64,000 nt of DNA from Pseudomonadota bacterium (lineage in GTDB: Bacteria > Pseudomonadota > Alphaproteobacteria > Sphingomonadales > Sphingomonadaceae). Of the stretch, positions 8,054-18,439 are shown one piece after another. The notes under the pieces were generated by a model, which was not told where the DNA came from, searched no databases, and saw only the letters and a program-made list of their open reading frames with translations. The position numbers and the translations under genes are program-made. Position 1 is the first letter of the stretch. The number at the start of each line of letters is the position of its first letter. The stretch is taken from positions 2,999 through 66,998 of the forward strand of contig JAEZHP010000030.1 of assembly GCA_023416515.1 (NCBI GenBank), read 5' to 3'.

Positions 8054-9766
8054 ATGCACAGTTTGTTGATGAAGAGTGGCGGCTGGCTGGCGGTCGTGGT
8101 GTTGGCTGTTGCCGCCGCTGCCGCGGCTGCCGACTGGGGATTTGCCGTCCACATGGGGATCGTCGCAGTTGCGGCGTTGATCGCGCTTGGCGTGATGATC
8201 ACCCGCACCGACTATGCCGGACACAGCGAATTGCGGCCGCCGGCTGCGCCGGACGAGGGCCGTTACGATGACGCGCCGATCCGCTGGGGCGTGATTGCTA
8301 CTCTCTTCTGGGGGATCGCGGGCTTTGCCGCGGGCCTTTTCATAGCCCTTCAACTTGCCTTCCCGGCGCTGAACCTCGGCATCGAATATGCAAGCTTCGG
8401 GCGTGTTCGGCCGCTCCACACGAGCGCCGTTATCTTCGCGTTCGGGGGCAACGCCCTCATCGCGACCAGCTTCTATATCGTGCAGCGCACGTGCCGCGCC
8501 CGTCTCGCCTTTCCGACTCTCGCCCGCTTCGTCTTCTGGGGCTACCAGCTGTTCATCGTCCTCGCGGCGACCGGCTACCTGCTAGGGATCACCGAGAGCC
8601 GCGAATATGCCGAGCCGGAATGGTATGTCGACCTGTGGCTGACGGTCGTCTGGGTGGCCTATGGCGCCGTTTTCGTCGGAACCATCCTGAAGCGCCGCGA
8701 ACCCCACATCTACGTGGCCAACTGGTTCTACCTGGCTTTCATCATCACCATCGCGATGCTGCACATCGTCAACAACCTGGCGGTCCCGGTCAGCTGGACA
8801 GGATCCAAATCCTACTCCGCGTTCGCGGGTGTGCAGGATGCGCTCACCCAATGGTGGTACGGCCACAACGCGGTCGGGTTCTTCCTGACCGCAGGCTTCC
8901 TGGCCATGATGTACTATTTCGTACCCAAGCAGGCCGAGCGGCCGGTTTATAGCTACCGGCTGTCGATCATCCACTTCTGGTCGCTGATCTTTCTCTACAT
9001 CTGGGCCGGCCCGCACCACCTCCACTACACGGCGCTGCCAGACTGGGCGCAGACCCTCGGCATGGTCTTCTCGATCATGTTGTGGATGCCGAGCTGGGGC
9101 GGGATGATCAACGGCCTGATGACCCTTAACGGGGCATGGGACAAGATTCGCACCGATCCCATCATCCGAATGATGGTGCTGGCGCTGGCCTTCTACGGCA
9201 TGGCGACCTTCGAGGGCCCGATGCTGTCGATCCGCTCGGTCAATAGCCTGTCCCACTATACCGACTGGACCATTGGCCACGTCCATGCCGGCGCGCTCGG
9301 CTGGAACGGCATGATCACCTTCGCCGCGGTCTATTTCCTGGTGCCGCGCCTGTGGGGCCGGACCCGCCTCTACTCGCTGCGCATGGTGAACTGGCACTTC
9401 TGGCTCGCGACGCTGGGGATCGTTCTCTACGCCGCCGCGATGTGGGTCGCGGGCATCATGCAGGGCTTGATGTGGCGCGAGTACGGCGCGGACGGATACC
9501 TGGTCTACAGCTTCGTCGAAACCGTCACCGCGATGTTCCCAATGTACCTGATCCGCTCGGCCGGGGGTCTCCTCTACCTCGCCGGGGCCCTGATCATGGT
9601 CTTCAACGTCTGGATGACGGTGAAGGGACGGCTGCGCGACGAGAAGCCGATGAGCGACGCCGCGTTCAATCCTGAAGGCGACCGGCCACTTCCGGCGGCC
9701 GCCAAGCCGAGCCGGCCCGCCAGGCCCGCGAACGAACCCGATCTCATGCCCGCTGCGGCCGAATGA
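8054..9766 (+). CDS. ccoN: cbb3-type cytochrome c oxidase subunit I
   Basis: [50 protein letters not shown]. Confidence 0.98.
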   Translation: MHSLLMKSGGWLAVVVLAVAAAAAAADWGFAVHMGIVAVAALIALGVMITRTDYAGHSELRPPAAPDEGRYDDAPIRWGVIATLFWGIAGFAAGLFIALQLAFPALNLGIEYASFGRVRPLHTSAVIFAFGGNALIATSFYIVQRTCRARLAFPTLARFVFWGYQLFIVLAATGYLLGITESREYAEPEWYVDLWLTVVWVAYGAVFVGTILKRREPHIYVANWFYLAFIITIAMLHIVNNLAVPVSWTGSKSYSAFAGVQDALTQWWYGHNAVGFFLTAGFLAMMYYFVPKQAERPVYSYRLSIIHFWSLIFLYIWAGPHHLHYTALPDWAQTLGMVFSIMLWMPSWGGMINGLMTLNGAWDKIRTDPIIRMMVLALAFYGMATFEGPMLSIRSVNSLSHYTDWTIGHVHAGALGWNGMITFAAVYFLVPRLWGRTRLYSLRMVNWHFWLATLGIVLYAAAMWVAGIMQGLMWREYGADGYLVYSFVETVTAMFPMYLIRSAGGLLYLAGALIMVFNVWMTVKGRLRDEKPMSDAAFNPEGDRPLPAAAKPSRPARPANEPDLMPAAAE

Positions 9767-9777
9767 GGACCACAAGA

Positions 9778-10512
9778 ATGGCTGCCCGTATCCTCGATCA
9801 CAAGCGCATCGAGCGCAACGTCACCTTGCTCGCCGTGCTGTCCTTCATCGTCGTCGCGATCGGCGGGATCGTCGAGATCGCGCCCTTGTTCTGGATCGAC
9901 TCCACCGTCGAGGAAGTCGAGGGCGTTCGACCCTACACGCCGCTTGAGCTCGCCGGCCGCGACATCTACGTTCGTGAGGGCTGCTACAGCTGCCACAGCC
10001 AAATGGTTCGGCCGTTCCGCGACGAGGTCGAGCGCTATGGCCACTACAGCCTGGCCGCCGAGAGCATGTACGACCATCCCTTCCAGTGGGGCTCCAAGCG
10101 TACCGGTCCGGACCTCGCCCGAGTTGGCGGCCGCTATTCGGACGAATGGCACGTCCGGCATCTGCGCAACCCGCGGTCGGTGGTGCCGGAGTCGATCATG
10201 CCGGGCTACGCCTTCCTGTCGGAGAGGCCGCTCAACCCGAGCAGTGCTGCCGCGCACCTGCGGGCCCAGCGCGCCGTAGGCGTCCCCTATTCGAACGACG
10301 CCATCGAACAGGCCGAAGCCGACATGCGCAATCAGGCCAGCCCGGATGGCGACGTCGAGGCGCTCCAGAGCCGCTACCCTCGCGCCCAGGTTCGCGACTT
10401 CGACGGCAACCCGTCGCGGCTGACCGAGATGGATGCCCTCGTGGCCTATCTCCAGATGCTCGGCACCCTCGTCGATGTCCGCGCTGCCGCGCCGCAGGAG
10501 ACCGCTCGATGA
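9778..10512 (+). CDS. ccoO: cbb3 oxidase subunit II
   Basis: [28 protein letters not shown]. Confidence 0.97.
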   Translation: MAARILDHKRIERNVTLLAVLSFIVVAIGGIVEIAPLFWIDSTVEEVEGVRPYTPLELAGRDIYVREGCYSCHSQMVRPFRDEVERYGHYSLAAESMYDHPFQWGSKRTGPDLARVGGRYSDEWHVRHLRNPRSVVPESIMPGYAFLSERPLNPSSAAAHLRAQRAVGVPYSNDAIEQAEADMRNQASPDGDVEALQSRYPRAQVRDFDGNPSRLTEMDALVAYLQMLGTLVDVRAAAPQETAR

Positions 10513-10655
10513 GCTATGAGGCGCTCCGCCACTTCGCCGACAGCTGGGGCCTGATCGCAATGGGCTTGTTCTACCTCGCCCTGTGCGGGTGGGCGTTCCT
10601 GCCGCGCAACCGCAACCGCAACCGCGACGCCGCGGACATGATCTTCAAGGACTAG
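10509..10655 (+). CDS. ccoQ: cbb3 oxidase small subunit
   Basis: [22 protein letters not shown] between ccoO and ccoP, ATGA overlap. Confidence 0.92.
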   Translation: MSYEALRHFADSWGLIAMGLFYLALCGWAFLPRNRNRNRDAADMIFKD

Positions 10656-10662
10656 ACCTGCG

Positions 10663-11583
10663 ATGGCCGACAGCAAGCGCATCGACGAGCCGAGCGGGAC
10701 CGAGACGGTCGGGCACGAGTGGGACGGTATCGAGGAGCTCAATACTCCCCTTCCCCGCTGGTGGCTGTGGAGCTTCTACGCGACGATTGCCTGGGGACTC
10801 GTCTTCGTAATCCTCTATCCCGCATGGCCGCTGGTCGACCGCGCAACCCAAGGCGTGCTCGGCTGGACCAGCCGCGGACAGCTGGAGCAGGAGCTTGCCG
10901 AGCAGCAGGCGGCGATGGCGCCGATCCGAGCGGCGATCGAACGGACGCCGATCGACCGCCTCCAGGCCGATCCCGCGCTGTACGCCCAGGCGATCGAGGG
11001 CGGGCGCTCCGCCTTCCGAATGCATTGCGTGCAATGCCATGGCTCGGGCGGCGCCGGCTCCACCGGTTATCCCAACCTCAATGACGACGACTGGCTGTGG
11101 GGCGGCCGGATCGACCAGATCCAGTTCACCATCAATCACGGCATCCGCAATCCTGATCACGATCAGACCCGCACCAGCCAGATGCCTGCCTTCGGCGCGA
11201 TGCTCGAGTCCCGGCAGATCGCCGATCTCGCAGCGCACGTCCGCGTGATCAGCGGCCAGCAGCCGGCCGACGCGGGCTCCCAGCGCGGCGCGGCGCTGTT
11301 CGCCGACAATTGCGCCGCCTGTCATGGACCGGCCGGGCGGGGCAACCGCGACGTCGGCGCGCCCAATCTGACCGATCCGATCTGGCTCTATGGCGGCGAC
11401 ACGGAGAGCATCCGTACGACCATTGCAAACAGCCGCTTCGGCGTGATGCCGCGGTGGGGCGACCGGCTCGACCCGGCCACGGTCAAGATGCTCTCCGCCT
11501 ATGTTCATTCGCTCGGCGGCGGTGAGGCGCGGCCAGCGCGGACCGCCGCCAACGTGGAAGTGAACCGCAATGGCCAGCCCTGA
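10663..11583 (+). CDS. ccoP: cbb3 oxidase subunit III (diheme c)
   Basis: GHEWDGIEELNTPLPRWW; CVQCH and CAACH heme motifs. Confidence 0.97.
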   Translation: MADSKRIDEPSGTETVGHEWDGIEELNTPLPRWWLWSFYATIAWGLVFVILYPAWPLVDRATQGVLGWTSRGQLEQELAEQQAAMAPIRAAIERTPIDRLQADPALYAQAIEGGRSAFRMHCVQCHGSGGAGSTGYPNLNDDDWLWGGRIDQIQFTINHGIRNPDHDQTRTSQMPAFGAMLESRQIADLAAHVRVISGQQPADAGSQRGAALFADNCAACHGPAGRGNRDVGAPNLTDPIWLYGGDTESIRTTIANSRFGVMPRWGDRLDPATVKMLSAYVHSLGGGEARPARTAANVEVNRNGQP

Positions 11584-13030
11584 CCACCTGGTCGGCGTCA
11601 GAAGGAAGAGCCTTTACGCCAAGCGCGAGCCAGTTTTCCCCAAGGCAGTGGATGGCAATTTCCGCCGCCTCAAATGGGGGATCATGGTCGTCACCCTGAC
11701 GATCTATTACGCGACACCCTGGCTCCGCTGGGATCGCGGCCCCTATGCCCCGGACCAGGCGGTGCTGGTCGATCTCGCCGGCCGCCGCTTCTACATGTTC
11801 GGAATCGAGATTTGGCCGCACGAATTCTACTACGTAGCCGGCCTGCTGATCATGGCCGGTATAGGCCTGTTCCTGGTGACGAGCGCGGTGGGCCGCGCCT
11901 GGTGCGGCTATGCCTGCCCGCAAACGGTCTGGACTGACCTCTTCCAGCATGTCGAGCGATTTATCGACGGTGATCGCAACGCGCAGATCCGCCTCGCCAA
12001 GGCGCCATGGAGCCTCGGCAAGCTCGCGAGGCGCGCGGCGAAATATGCGGTGTGGTTCGCCATCGCCATCGCCACCGGAGGCGCCTGGATCTTCTATTTC
12101 GCCGACGCGCCGACGCTTGCGCGGGACTTCCTCAGCGGCGACGCGGCGCCGGTCGCCTATACGACGGTTGCGATCCTTACCGCCACGACCTTCATCCTCG
12201 GCGGCTTCATGCGCGAGCAGGTGTGCATCTACATGTGTCCCTGGCCGCGCATCCAAGGCGCGATGATGGACGAGAAGACGCTCACCGTTACCTACAAGGA
12301 CTGGCGGGGTGAGCCGCGCCATCGGGGGACGAAGAAGGCGACGCTTGCCGATCTCGGGCTGATCGGCGACTGCGTCGACTGCAACGCCTGCGTCGCCGTC
12401 TGCCCGACCGGCATCGACATCCGCAACGGGCCGCAAGTGGGCTGCATCACCTGTGCGCTGTGCATCGATGCCTGCGACCGGGTGATGAAGCAGGTGGGCC
12501 GGCCGCGCGGCCTGATCGACTATACCACATTCGAGAATAACGAGCTGGAGCGCAGGGGCGAGGCGCCCAAGCCGATCTCCAGAGAGCTCTTCAGGCCGCG
12601 CACGATCATCTATTTCGCGGTGTGGGCCAGCATTGGCCTGGTCATGCTGTTCGGACTTGGCAGCCGCACGCGCCTCGACATCAGCGCGCAGCAGGACCGC
12701 AACCCAGTGTTCGTGCGCCTGTCGGACGGCCACATCCGCAACGGCTATATGGTCAAGATCCGCAACATGCAGGCGCGGCCGCGCTCCGTGGAGGTGTCGA
12801 TCGACGGGCTGCCGGGGGCGGTCATCTGGACTCCGGGCGGTTCTCGCGAACAAGCCACCAGCAGGGTGGCCGCCGTAGTGCCGGCCGACCAACTCGCGAA
12901 ACTACGTATATTCGTGGCGGCCCCCGGAGCGGCAGAGGAGCGGGACGACTTCACCTTCGCCGTCCGCGCGCTGGACGCAGAGGGCGGAGGCGACAGCACC
13001 GAGGCAGTCTTCGAGCGTCCCGAATCATGA
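11570..13030 (+). CDS. ccoG: cbb3 oxidase accessory ferredoxin-like membrane protein FixG
   Basis: GRAWCGYACPQTVW, CIYMCPW, CVDCNACVAVCPTGIDIR..CITCALCIDAC. Confidence 0.96.
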   Translation: MASPDHLVGVRRKSLYAKREPVFPKAVDGNFRRLKWGIMVVTLTIYYATPWLRWDRGPYAPDQAVLVDLAGRRFYMFGIEIWPHEFYYVAGLLIMAGIGLFLVTSAVGRAWCGYACPQTVWTDLFQHVERFIDGDRNAQIRLAKAPWSLGKLARRAAKYAVWFAIAIATGGAWIFYFADAPTLARDFLSGDAAPVAYTTVAILTATTFILGGFMREQVCIYMCPWPRIQGAMMDEKTLTVTYKDWRGEPRHRGTKKATLADLGLIGDCVDCNACVAVCPTGIDIRNGPQVGCITCALCIDACDRVMKQVGRPRGLIDYTTFENNELERRGEAPKPISRELFRPRTIIYFAVWASIGLVMLFGLGSRTRLDISAQQDRNPVFVRLSDGHIRNGYMVKIRNMQARPRSVEVSIDGLPGAVIWTPGGSREQATSRVAAVVPADQLAKLRIFVAAPGAAEERDDFTFAVRALDAEGGGDSTEAVFERPES

Positions 13031-13494
13031 GCAAAGCACGTCAGCAACGGTTCACCGGGCGCCACATGACCCTGATCATGATGGCCTTCTTCGGCGTCGT
13101 GATCTCCGTCAACGTGACCATGGCCATCTTCGCCTCCCGCACGTTCGGCGGCAAGGTAGTCGAAAACTCCTATGTTGCCACTCAGCGCTTCAACGGATGG
13201 CTGGAGAAGGCCCGGGCCCAGGAGCAACTCGGATGGAACGAGACCGTCCAGCTCGACCAGGAGCGTCGGATCGAGCTCGATGTAACTGCGAGCGGCGGGC
13301 CGCTCGGCGGTGCCCGGATCCTCGCTGAGGCGAGGCATCCTGTCGGCCGCGCCGACGACATTTCCCTGGCGTTCGCCGAAGTAGGGGCGGGCCGCTACCG
13401 CAGCCTCGACGCACTGCCTCACGGCCGATGGCAGATTCACCTCACCATCAATTCCGGCGGCGCGGAGAAGCGTCTCATCGAGGTGCTGCAATGA
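13027..13494 (+). CDS. ccoH: FixH family protein
   Basis: FTGRHM..FFGVVISVN..TFGGKVVENSYVATQRFN; ATGA overlap with ccoG. Confidence 0.92.
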   Translation: MSKARQQRFTGRHMTLIMMAFFGVVISVNVTMAIFASRTFGGKVVENSYVATQRFNGWLEKARAQEQLGWNETVQLDQERRIELDVTASGGPLGGARILAEARHPVGRADDISLAFAEVGAGRYRSLDALPHGRWQIHLTINSGGAEKRLIEVLQ

Positions 13495-15614
13495 CCGCGG
13501 CCACCAGCATCGCTGCCGCAGGCGCCGTCGACCGCCACCTGTTCGCGGTGCCGGGCCTTCGCTGTGCTTCCTGCATCTCGAAGCTTGAGAACGGCCTGGC
13601 GCCGCTTGCGGGGATTGTCTCCGCGCGGGTTAACTTCACGGCCAAGCAGGTCACGGTCGATCACCTTCCCGAGCTGAAGGTTCCCGACATCAAGGCGATG
13701 ATCGCCCGCGTCGGCTTCGATGCCGAGCCGATCCGCTCCGCCGCCGCGTTGACCGACACGCGCGAAAGCCGGAGCCTCGCCAAGGCGACCGCGGTTGCCG
13801 GCTTCGCGTCCATGAACGTGATGCTGCTGTCGGTGTCGGTCTGGTCGGGGGCAACGGGGCCGACGCGCGACCTCTTCCACCTGATCTCGGCGCTGATCGC
13901 GATCCCGACCGTCGCCTATTCCGGCCGCCCCTTCTTCCGCTCCGCCTGGTCCGCGCTCAAGGCTGGCCGGACCAATATGGACGTTCCGATCACGATCGGA
14001 GTTCTGCTGGTCACTGCGCTAAGCCTGTTCGAGGCGCTCACCAGCGGTCCCCACGCGTATTTCGATGGCGCGGTGATGCTGCTCTTCTTCCTGCTCGTTG
14101 GGCGGCTGCTCGACAGCGTGATGAGGGATCGTGCTCGCGACGGCGTCGCCGCCTTGCTCAAGCAGACAGCGCCCGGAGCCCGGGTTGAGCAGCCAGACGG
14201 CCGCACCGACTGGGTCCAAGCCGAGGAACTGCAGCCGGGCATGCGCATGATCGTTCCGGCCGGCGAGCGGCTTGCGGCCGACGGCGTGATCGAAGCCGGG
14301 ACGAGCAGCATCGATCTCGCGCTCCTCACGGGTGAAAGCCTTCCTCAGCAGGTCGCGCCTGGCGGCACGGTCCACGCCGGAACTCTGAACCTGGACGCGC
14401 CGCTCACCGTCCGAGTCACCGCCGCCGGCCCGGACACCGCAATCGCCGACATCACCCGCCTGATGGAACAGGCCGCACAGGGAAAATCGCGCTATGTGCG
14501 CCTCGCCGACCGAGCAGCGCGCTGGTACGCGCCGGCCGTTCACACGCTGGCCGCCCTATCGTTCATAGGTTGGATGGCAGCGGGCGCCGGCTGGCATCAG
14601 GCGTTGCTGATCGCGGCCGCGGTGCTGATCATCACCTGCCCCTGCGCGCTTGGGCTCGCTGTTCCCGCTGCCCAGATCGTCGCGGCCGGCACCCTCATGC
14701 GGCGCGGAGTCCTGGTGAAGGACGGCTCGGCGTTGGAGCGGCTCGCGGAGGTCGATCGTGCCCTTTTCGACAAGACCGGCACGCTGACCCTCGGCAGCCC
14801 TGAGCCGGTCGATCTCGACCGGCTCCCCGACCGCTTCCGACCGATCGTGCTGTCGCTCGCCCGAGCCAGCAGCCATCCGCTGAGCCAAGCGATTCGCAGC
14901 GAACTCGAATCTGCCGGAGTTCCGCCCGCGGACGTGGAACACATCGTCGAGAAGCCGGGCATTGGCCTCGTCGCGCGCCACAGCGGACGAGTTGTCAGTC
15001 TAGGGCGACCCGACGCAGCGACGGACCGGATGGCGGTCGAGTTCAAGGCGGAGGGCGAGTCACCAATCCTCATCCACTTCCAAGATTCGGTTCGGCCCGC
15101 CGCCGCCGAAACCATCGATCAGCTCGCTCGCTTCGGCATCACGAGCTCGATAGCATCCGGGGACAGCGTCGCCGGAGTTGCTCCCATCGCGCAGGCGCTC
15201 CAACTAACCGCCCAGACCGCGATGCGGCCCGAGGACAAGCTCGGCGAGATCGCCCGGCTTGGAGCCGCCGGACACAAGGTGCTAATGGTCGGCGACGGCC
15301 TCAACGACGGGCCTGCGCTTGCCGCCGGTCACGCCTCGATCGCGCCCGCTTCGGCAAGCGACGTCGGCCAGAATGCAGCCGACGCGGTCTTCCTCGGCGA
15401 CAGCCTCGCCCCGGTGGCCAAGGCCCTGATGGTGGCGCGCAGGACGATGCGCGTGGTCAGGCAGAACTTCGCCATCGCGATCGGCTACAATGCGCTTGCG
15501 ATTCCATTGGCGCTGGCCGGCCTGGTCACCCCCCTAGTGGCGGCACTGGCGATGTCGGGATCGTCGATCATCGTCGTGGCCAATGCGCTGCGCCTGCGCG
15601 GAGCCGCACGATGA
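13491..15614 (+). CDS. ccoI: Cu-translocating P1B ATPase FixI
   Basis: CASC metal domain, TGES, CPC, DKTGTLT, GDGLND motifs. Confidence 0.95.
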   Translation: MTAATSIAAAGAVDRHLFAVPGLRCASCISKLENGLAPLAGIVSARVNFTAKQVTVDHLPELKVPDIKAMIARVGFDAEPIRSAAALTDTRESRSLAKATAVAGFASMNVMLLSVSVWSGATGPTRDLFHLISALIAIPTVAYSGRPFFRSAWSALKAGRTNMDVPITIGVLLVTALSLFEALTSGPHAYFDGAVMLLFFLLVGRLLDSVMRDRARDGVAALLKQTAPGARVEQPDGRTDWVQAEELQPGMRMIVPAGERLAADGVIEAGTSSIDLALLTGESLPQQVAPGGTVHAGTLNLDAPLTVRVTAAGPDTAIADITRLMEQAAQGKSRYVRLADRAARWYAPAVHTLAALSFIGWMAAGAGWHQALLIAAAVLIITCPCALGLAVPAAQIVAAGTLMRRGVLVKDGSALERLAEVDRALFDKTGTLTLGSPEPVDLDRLPDRFRPIVLSLARASSHPLSQAIRSELESAGVPPADVEHIVEKPGIGLVARHSGRVVSLGRPDAATDRMAVEFKAEGESPILIHFQDSVRPAAAETIDQLARFGITSSIASGDSVAGVAPIAQALQLTAQTAMRPEDKLGEIARLGAAGHKVLMVGDGLNDGPALAAGHASIAPASASDVGQNAADAVFLGDSLAPVAKALMVARRTMRVVRQNFAIAIGYNALAIPLALAGLVTPLVAALAMSGSSIIVVANALRLRGAAR

Positions 15615-15757
15615 CGGGGCTCGCCGTCCTGATCCCAATCGCGCTCGGCCTGGGGCTCGCGGGGCTCTCGGCCTTCTTCTGGGCGATGAAGTCCGGACAA
15701 TTCGAAGACATGGACGGAGCGGCGCTGCGGATCCTGATCGACGAGGATCCGCAATGA
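15611..15757 (+). CDS. ccoS: cbb3 oxidase maturation protein FixS (not in ORF track)
   Basis: MTGLAVLIPIALGLGLAGLSAFFWAMKSGQFEDMDGAALRILIDEDPQ; ATGA overlaps at both ends. Confidence 0.93.
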   Translation: MTGLAVLIPIALGLGLAGLSAFFWAMKSGQFEDMDGAALRILIDEDPQ

Positions 15758-17061
15758 GCTGGCCTTACCATCCCGAACTGCTCGCGCGGCGAGTCCCCCG
15801 CTACACCAGCTATCCAACCGCGGCCGAGTTCAACGAGAACGTCGGCGCGGGCGACATGGAGCAAGCGTTGGCGTCGCTCGATCCGTCCGAGACGATCTCG
15901 CTCTACCTCCACATCCCCTATTGTCACGAGATCTGCTGGTATTGCGGCTGCAATACCGGTGCCGCGAACAAAGTAGGACGGCTCGCCTCCTATCTGGCCG
16001 CGCTGATCGAAGAGATCGGCCTTGTCGCCGACCGGATCTCCGGCACGGCCCGCGTCGGCCGCATCGCCTTCGGCGGCGGCAGTCCCAACGCACTTTCGGG
16101 TGCGCAAATGGCGGACCTGATCGAACAGGTGAACAATCGCTTCGACACCGCCAGCTCATTGCTTTCCGTTGAGATCGACCCGCGCCAGCTCAAGGATGAC
16201 TTCGTCTCCGCGCTGGCCGACGCCGGGGTTCGGCAGGCCAGCCTCGGCGTTCAGACGTTCAGCGACCAGATCCAGCGGCGGATCGGGCGGGTCCAGCCGG
16301 CGCATCTTATCGATCACGCTGTGGAGCAGCTCAGGGGCGCCGGCGTCGCCTCCCTCAACTTCGATTTGATGTACGGGCTCCCCGGCCAGACGTTAGCCGA
16401 TCTCCAGTCGACCCTCGCCCAGTCCGTGGCTTTCGGGGCTGATCGCATCGCCCTGTTTGGCTATGCCCACCTGCCCGAACTGGTGGCGCGCCAGCGGCGA
16501 ATCTCCGCGGCCGACCTGCCGGGCGAAGCCGAAAGGTTCGAGATGGCCTCCGCCGGCTACGATTTCCTCGTCGAGGCGGGCTACCGGCCGGTCGGCTTCG
16601 ATCATTTCGCCCTGCCCGGCGACCCGCTTGCGCAGGCCGCGCGCCGAGGGCGGCTCCGCCGTAACTTCCAGGGCTTCACCGATGACGGTTCTAAGACCCT
16701 GATCGGCCTCGGCGCGAGCGCAATCAGCGAATCTCCCGGACTGCTTGCCCAGAACGAGAAGAATAGCGGCCGCTATCGCATGTTGACCTCTTCAGGCCGT
16801 CTTGCCGCCGTTCGAGGCATTGCCCGCGACGCGGACGACCGGCGCCGCGGCGCGATCATCGAGTCCCTGCTGTGCCGGGGCGAAGCGCAGATCGAGGCGG
16901 TGCCGGACGGGCTCGAACCCTTCGTTGCGAGAGACGTCGTAAGGCTGGTCGGGAACAGGCTCAGGCTCACTCCATCGGGACTTCCTTATGCGCGCTCGGT
17001 CGCCGCCCTATTCGATCGTCATCGCGTCCATGGAGGGGGTCGGTTCAGTGCGGCGGTCTAG
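15754..17061 (+). CDS. hemN: Oxygen-independent coproporphyrinogen III oxidase
   Basis: VPRYTSYPTA, YLHIPYCHEICWYCGC, DLMYGLPGQ, DHFA, RNFQGFT. Confidence 0.93.
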   Translation: MSWPYHPELLARRVPRYTSYPTAAEFNENVGAGDMEQALASLDPSETISLYLHIPYCHEICWYCGCNTGAANKVGRLASYLAALIEEIGLVADRISGTARVGRIAFGGGSPNALSGAQMADLIEQVNNRFDTASSLLSVEIDPRQLKDDFVSALADAGVRQASLGVQTFSDQIQRRIGRVQPAHLIDHAVEQLRGAGVASLNFDLMYGLPGQTLADLQSTLAQSVAFGADRIALFGYAHLPELVARQRRISAADLPGEAERFEMASAGYDFLVEAGYRPVGFDHFALPGDPLAQAARRGRLRRNFQGFTDDGSKTLIGLGASAISESPGLLAQNEKNSGRYRMLTSSGRLAAVRGIARDADDRRRGAIIESLLCRGEAQIEAVPDGLEPFVARDVVRLVGNRLRLTPSGLPYARSVAALFDRHRVHGGGRFSAAV

Positions 17062-17317
17062 CCAGTGCCTGTCGGTGGCGGCGGCGCTTTGCCTCGCCAT
17101 CCAGCACAGCCCGGCATCGGGGGCCAATGTGATGGTGCTCGAAGGCACCACCTGCAACGGCGGCGCCTTCACAAACTACATTCCGACGCGTGAGCCGAAA
17201 CCGGAGAGGGAGCATGATGATCAGGCGGGGGCCTGTCACGCGGCCTTTCTCCACTCCCGGAAATGGCGGAGACCCGGGGCAGGCTGCGCCTGATATCGGC
17301 CGATTTGAATCGACGCG

Positions 17318-18349
17318 TCAGGCCAATACCGATTCCGTCTGCCCTTGCGGCACTTCGGATCCCTGACGAGGCGGAGGGTTGCCGAGCACGACTTTTCGGC
17401 TGAGGAAGTCGCTGATCCAACGGTGCAGCCGAGTTCCCTGCCCGATCATCAGGTGCCCGCCCGACTCCAGCACATGAAGCTCGGCTCCCGCGATGCCGGC
17501 CGCGGTGAAGCGGGCGCCGGGAAGGGTTCCGAACAGGTCGTCCTCGGCGGAGACAATGAGGGCCGGCACCCTGAGGCTTTCGAGAGGCCATGGTGTCAGC
17601 TTGATATTGCTATCGACGGCGATTCCCCTCACCCGATCGGAAAGCGGCAGGATGCTCTTGATGATCTCGGTTACCCTGGCGCGCTCCTCCTCCGGTGCGG
17701 CAGCCTCGAGCTCCGGCCGAACTCCGAGGAAGCGCACGACCGAGCCTCGGGCCACCCTCGTCATCGCCCAGAACAGGAAATCCGCCGACGATTCGATGAG
17801 CCGAAGGACGATCTGGCTCTGGACGCTGTCGTCCGGCCCGATCGACTGGGCCGGGTCGTAGGTACGCGGAACAAGCAGGATAAGAGCGGCGACGCGCTCG
17901 AGATGGCGAAGCGCGAACTCCACGGCACTCGGGCCGCCGGCCGACACTCCCACGACAATCGCACGATCGATGCGGAGACTGTCCAGCAGGGCTGCATGAG
18001 CGTCGGCCTGCGCCGCCGGTGACGAGTCCTCGGGCACAGGCGTCTTGAGGTAGCCGAAGCGGGACGGAGCGATGACCCGGTAGCCCGCGCCAAAGTCGCG
18101 ACCGATGATCAGCCCCTGATCAAAGCCGCCGCCGGCACCGTGGATGACGAGCAGGGGCTGGCCTTTCCCGGCCTCGGCATATTCGACCGGGCCCATTGCA
18201 GTGGGAGCCATCTTGCTGTCCCGATCGAGCCTAGCGCGCGCGGCGTCGATTTCGCGCCGGTACGAGACGATCGACAGTGCTCCCAAGGCGGCTCCGACCA
18301 AGGCCGTTCCTCCGACGATCCAGCGAGTAGCCATTTGCGCAGCCTCCAA
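17318..18349 (-). CDS. Alpha/beta hydrolase with N-terminal anchor
   Basis: VIHGAGGG, APSRFGY, nucleophile GVSAGG, EDD, GGH. Confidence 0.85.
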   Translation of the reverse strand: MEAAQMATRWIVGGTALVGAALGALSIVSYRREIDAARARLDRDSKMAPTAMGPVEYAEAGKGQPLLVIHGAGGGFDQGLIIGRDFGAGYRVIAPSRFGYLKTPVPEDSSPAAQADAHAALLDSLRIDRAIVVGVSAGGPSAVEFALRHLERVAALILLVPRTYDPAQSIGPDDSVQSQIVLRLIESSADFLFWAMTRVARGSVVRFLGVRPELEAAAPEEERARVTEIIKSILPLSDRVRGIAVDSNIKLTPWPLESLRVPALIVSAEDDLFGTLPGARFTAAGIAGAELHVLESGGHLMIGQGTRLHRWISDFLSRKVVLGNPPPRQGSEVPQGQTESVLA

Positions 18350-18392
18350 GATGATCGTCGTCGAAGTTGTACCGGCCGTGCGATCACGGCCA

Positions 18393-18408
18393 TACGGAAA
18401 TGCCCGTA
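18393..18408. promoter_or_regulatory. TACG-N8-CGTA site upstream of the hydrolase
   Basis: TACG-GAAATGCC-CGTA. Confidence 0.6.
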
Positions 18409-18439
18409 AGCGGTCCCGGGACTTCGCGCGTCCGGACCA

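Noticed and set aside
7700..8419. 239-aa minus-strand ORF
   Set aside because: Antisense to ccoN and its promoter; no recognisable motif
10605..10625. (CGCAAC)x3.5 repeat in ccoQ
   Set aside because: Short in-frame hexamer encoding RNRNRNR; cannot shift frame
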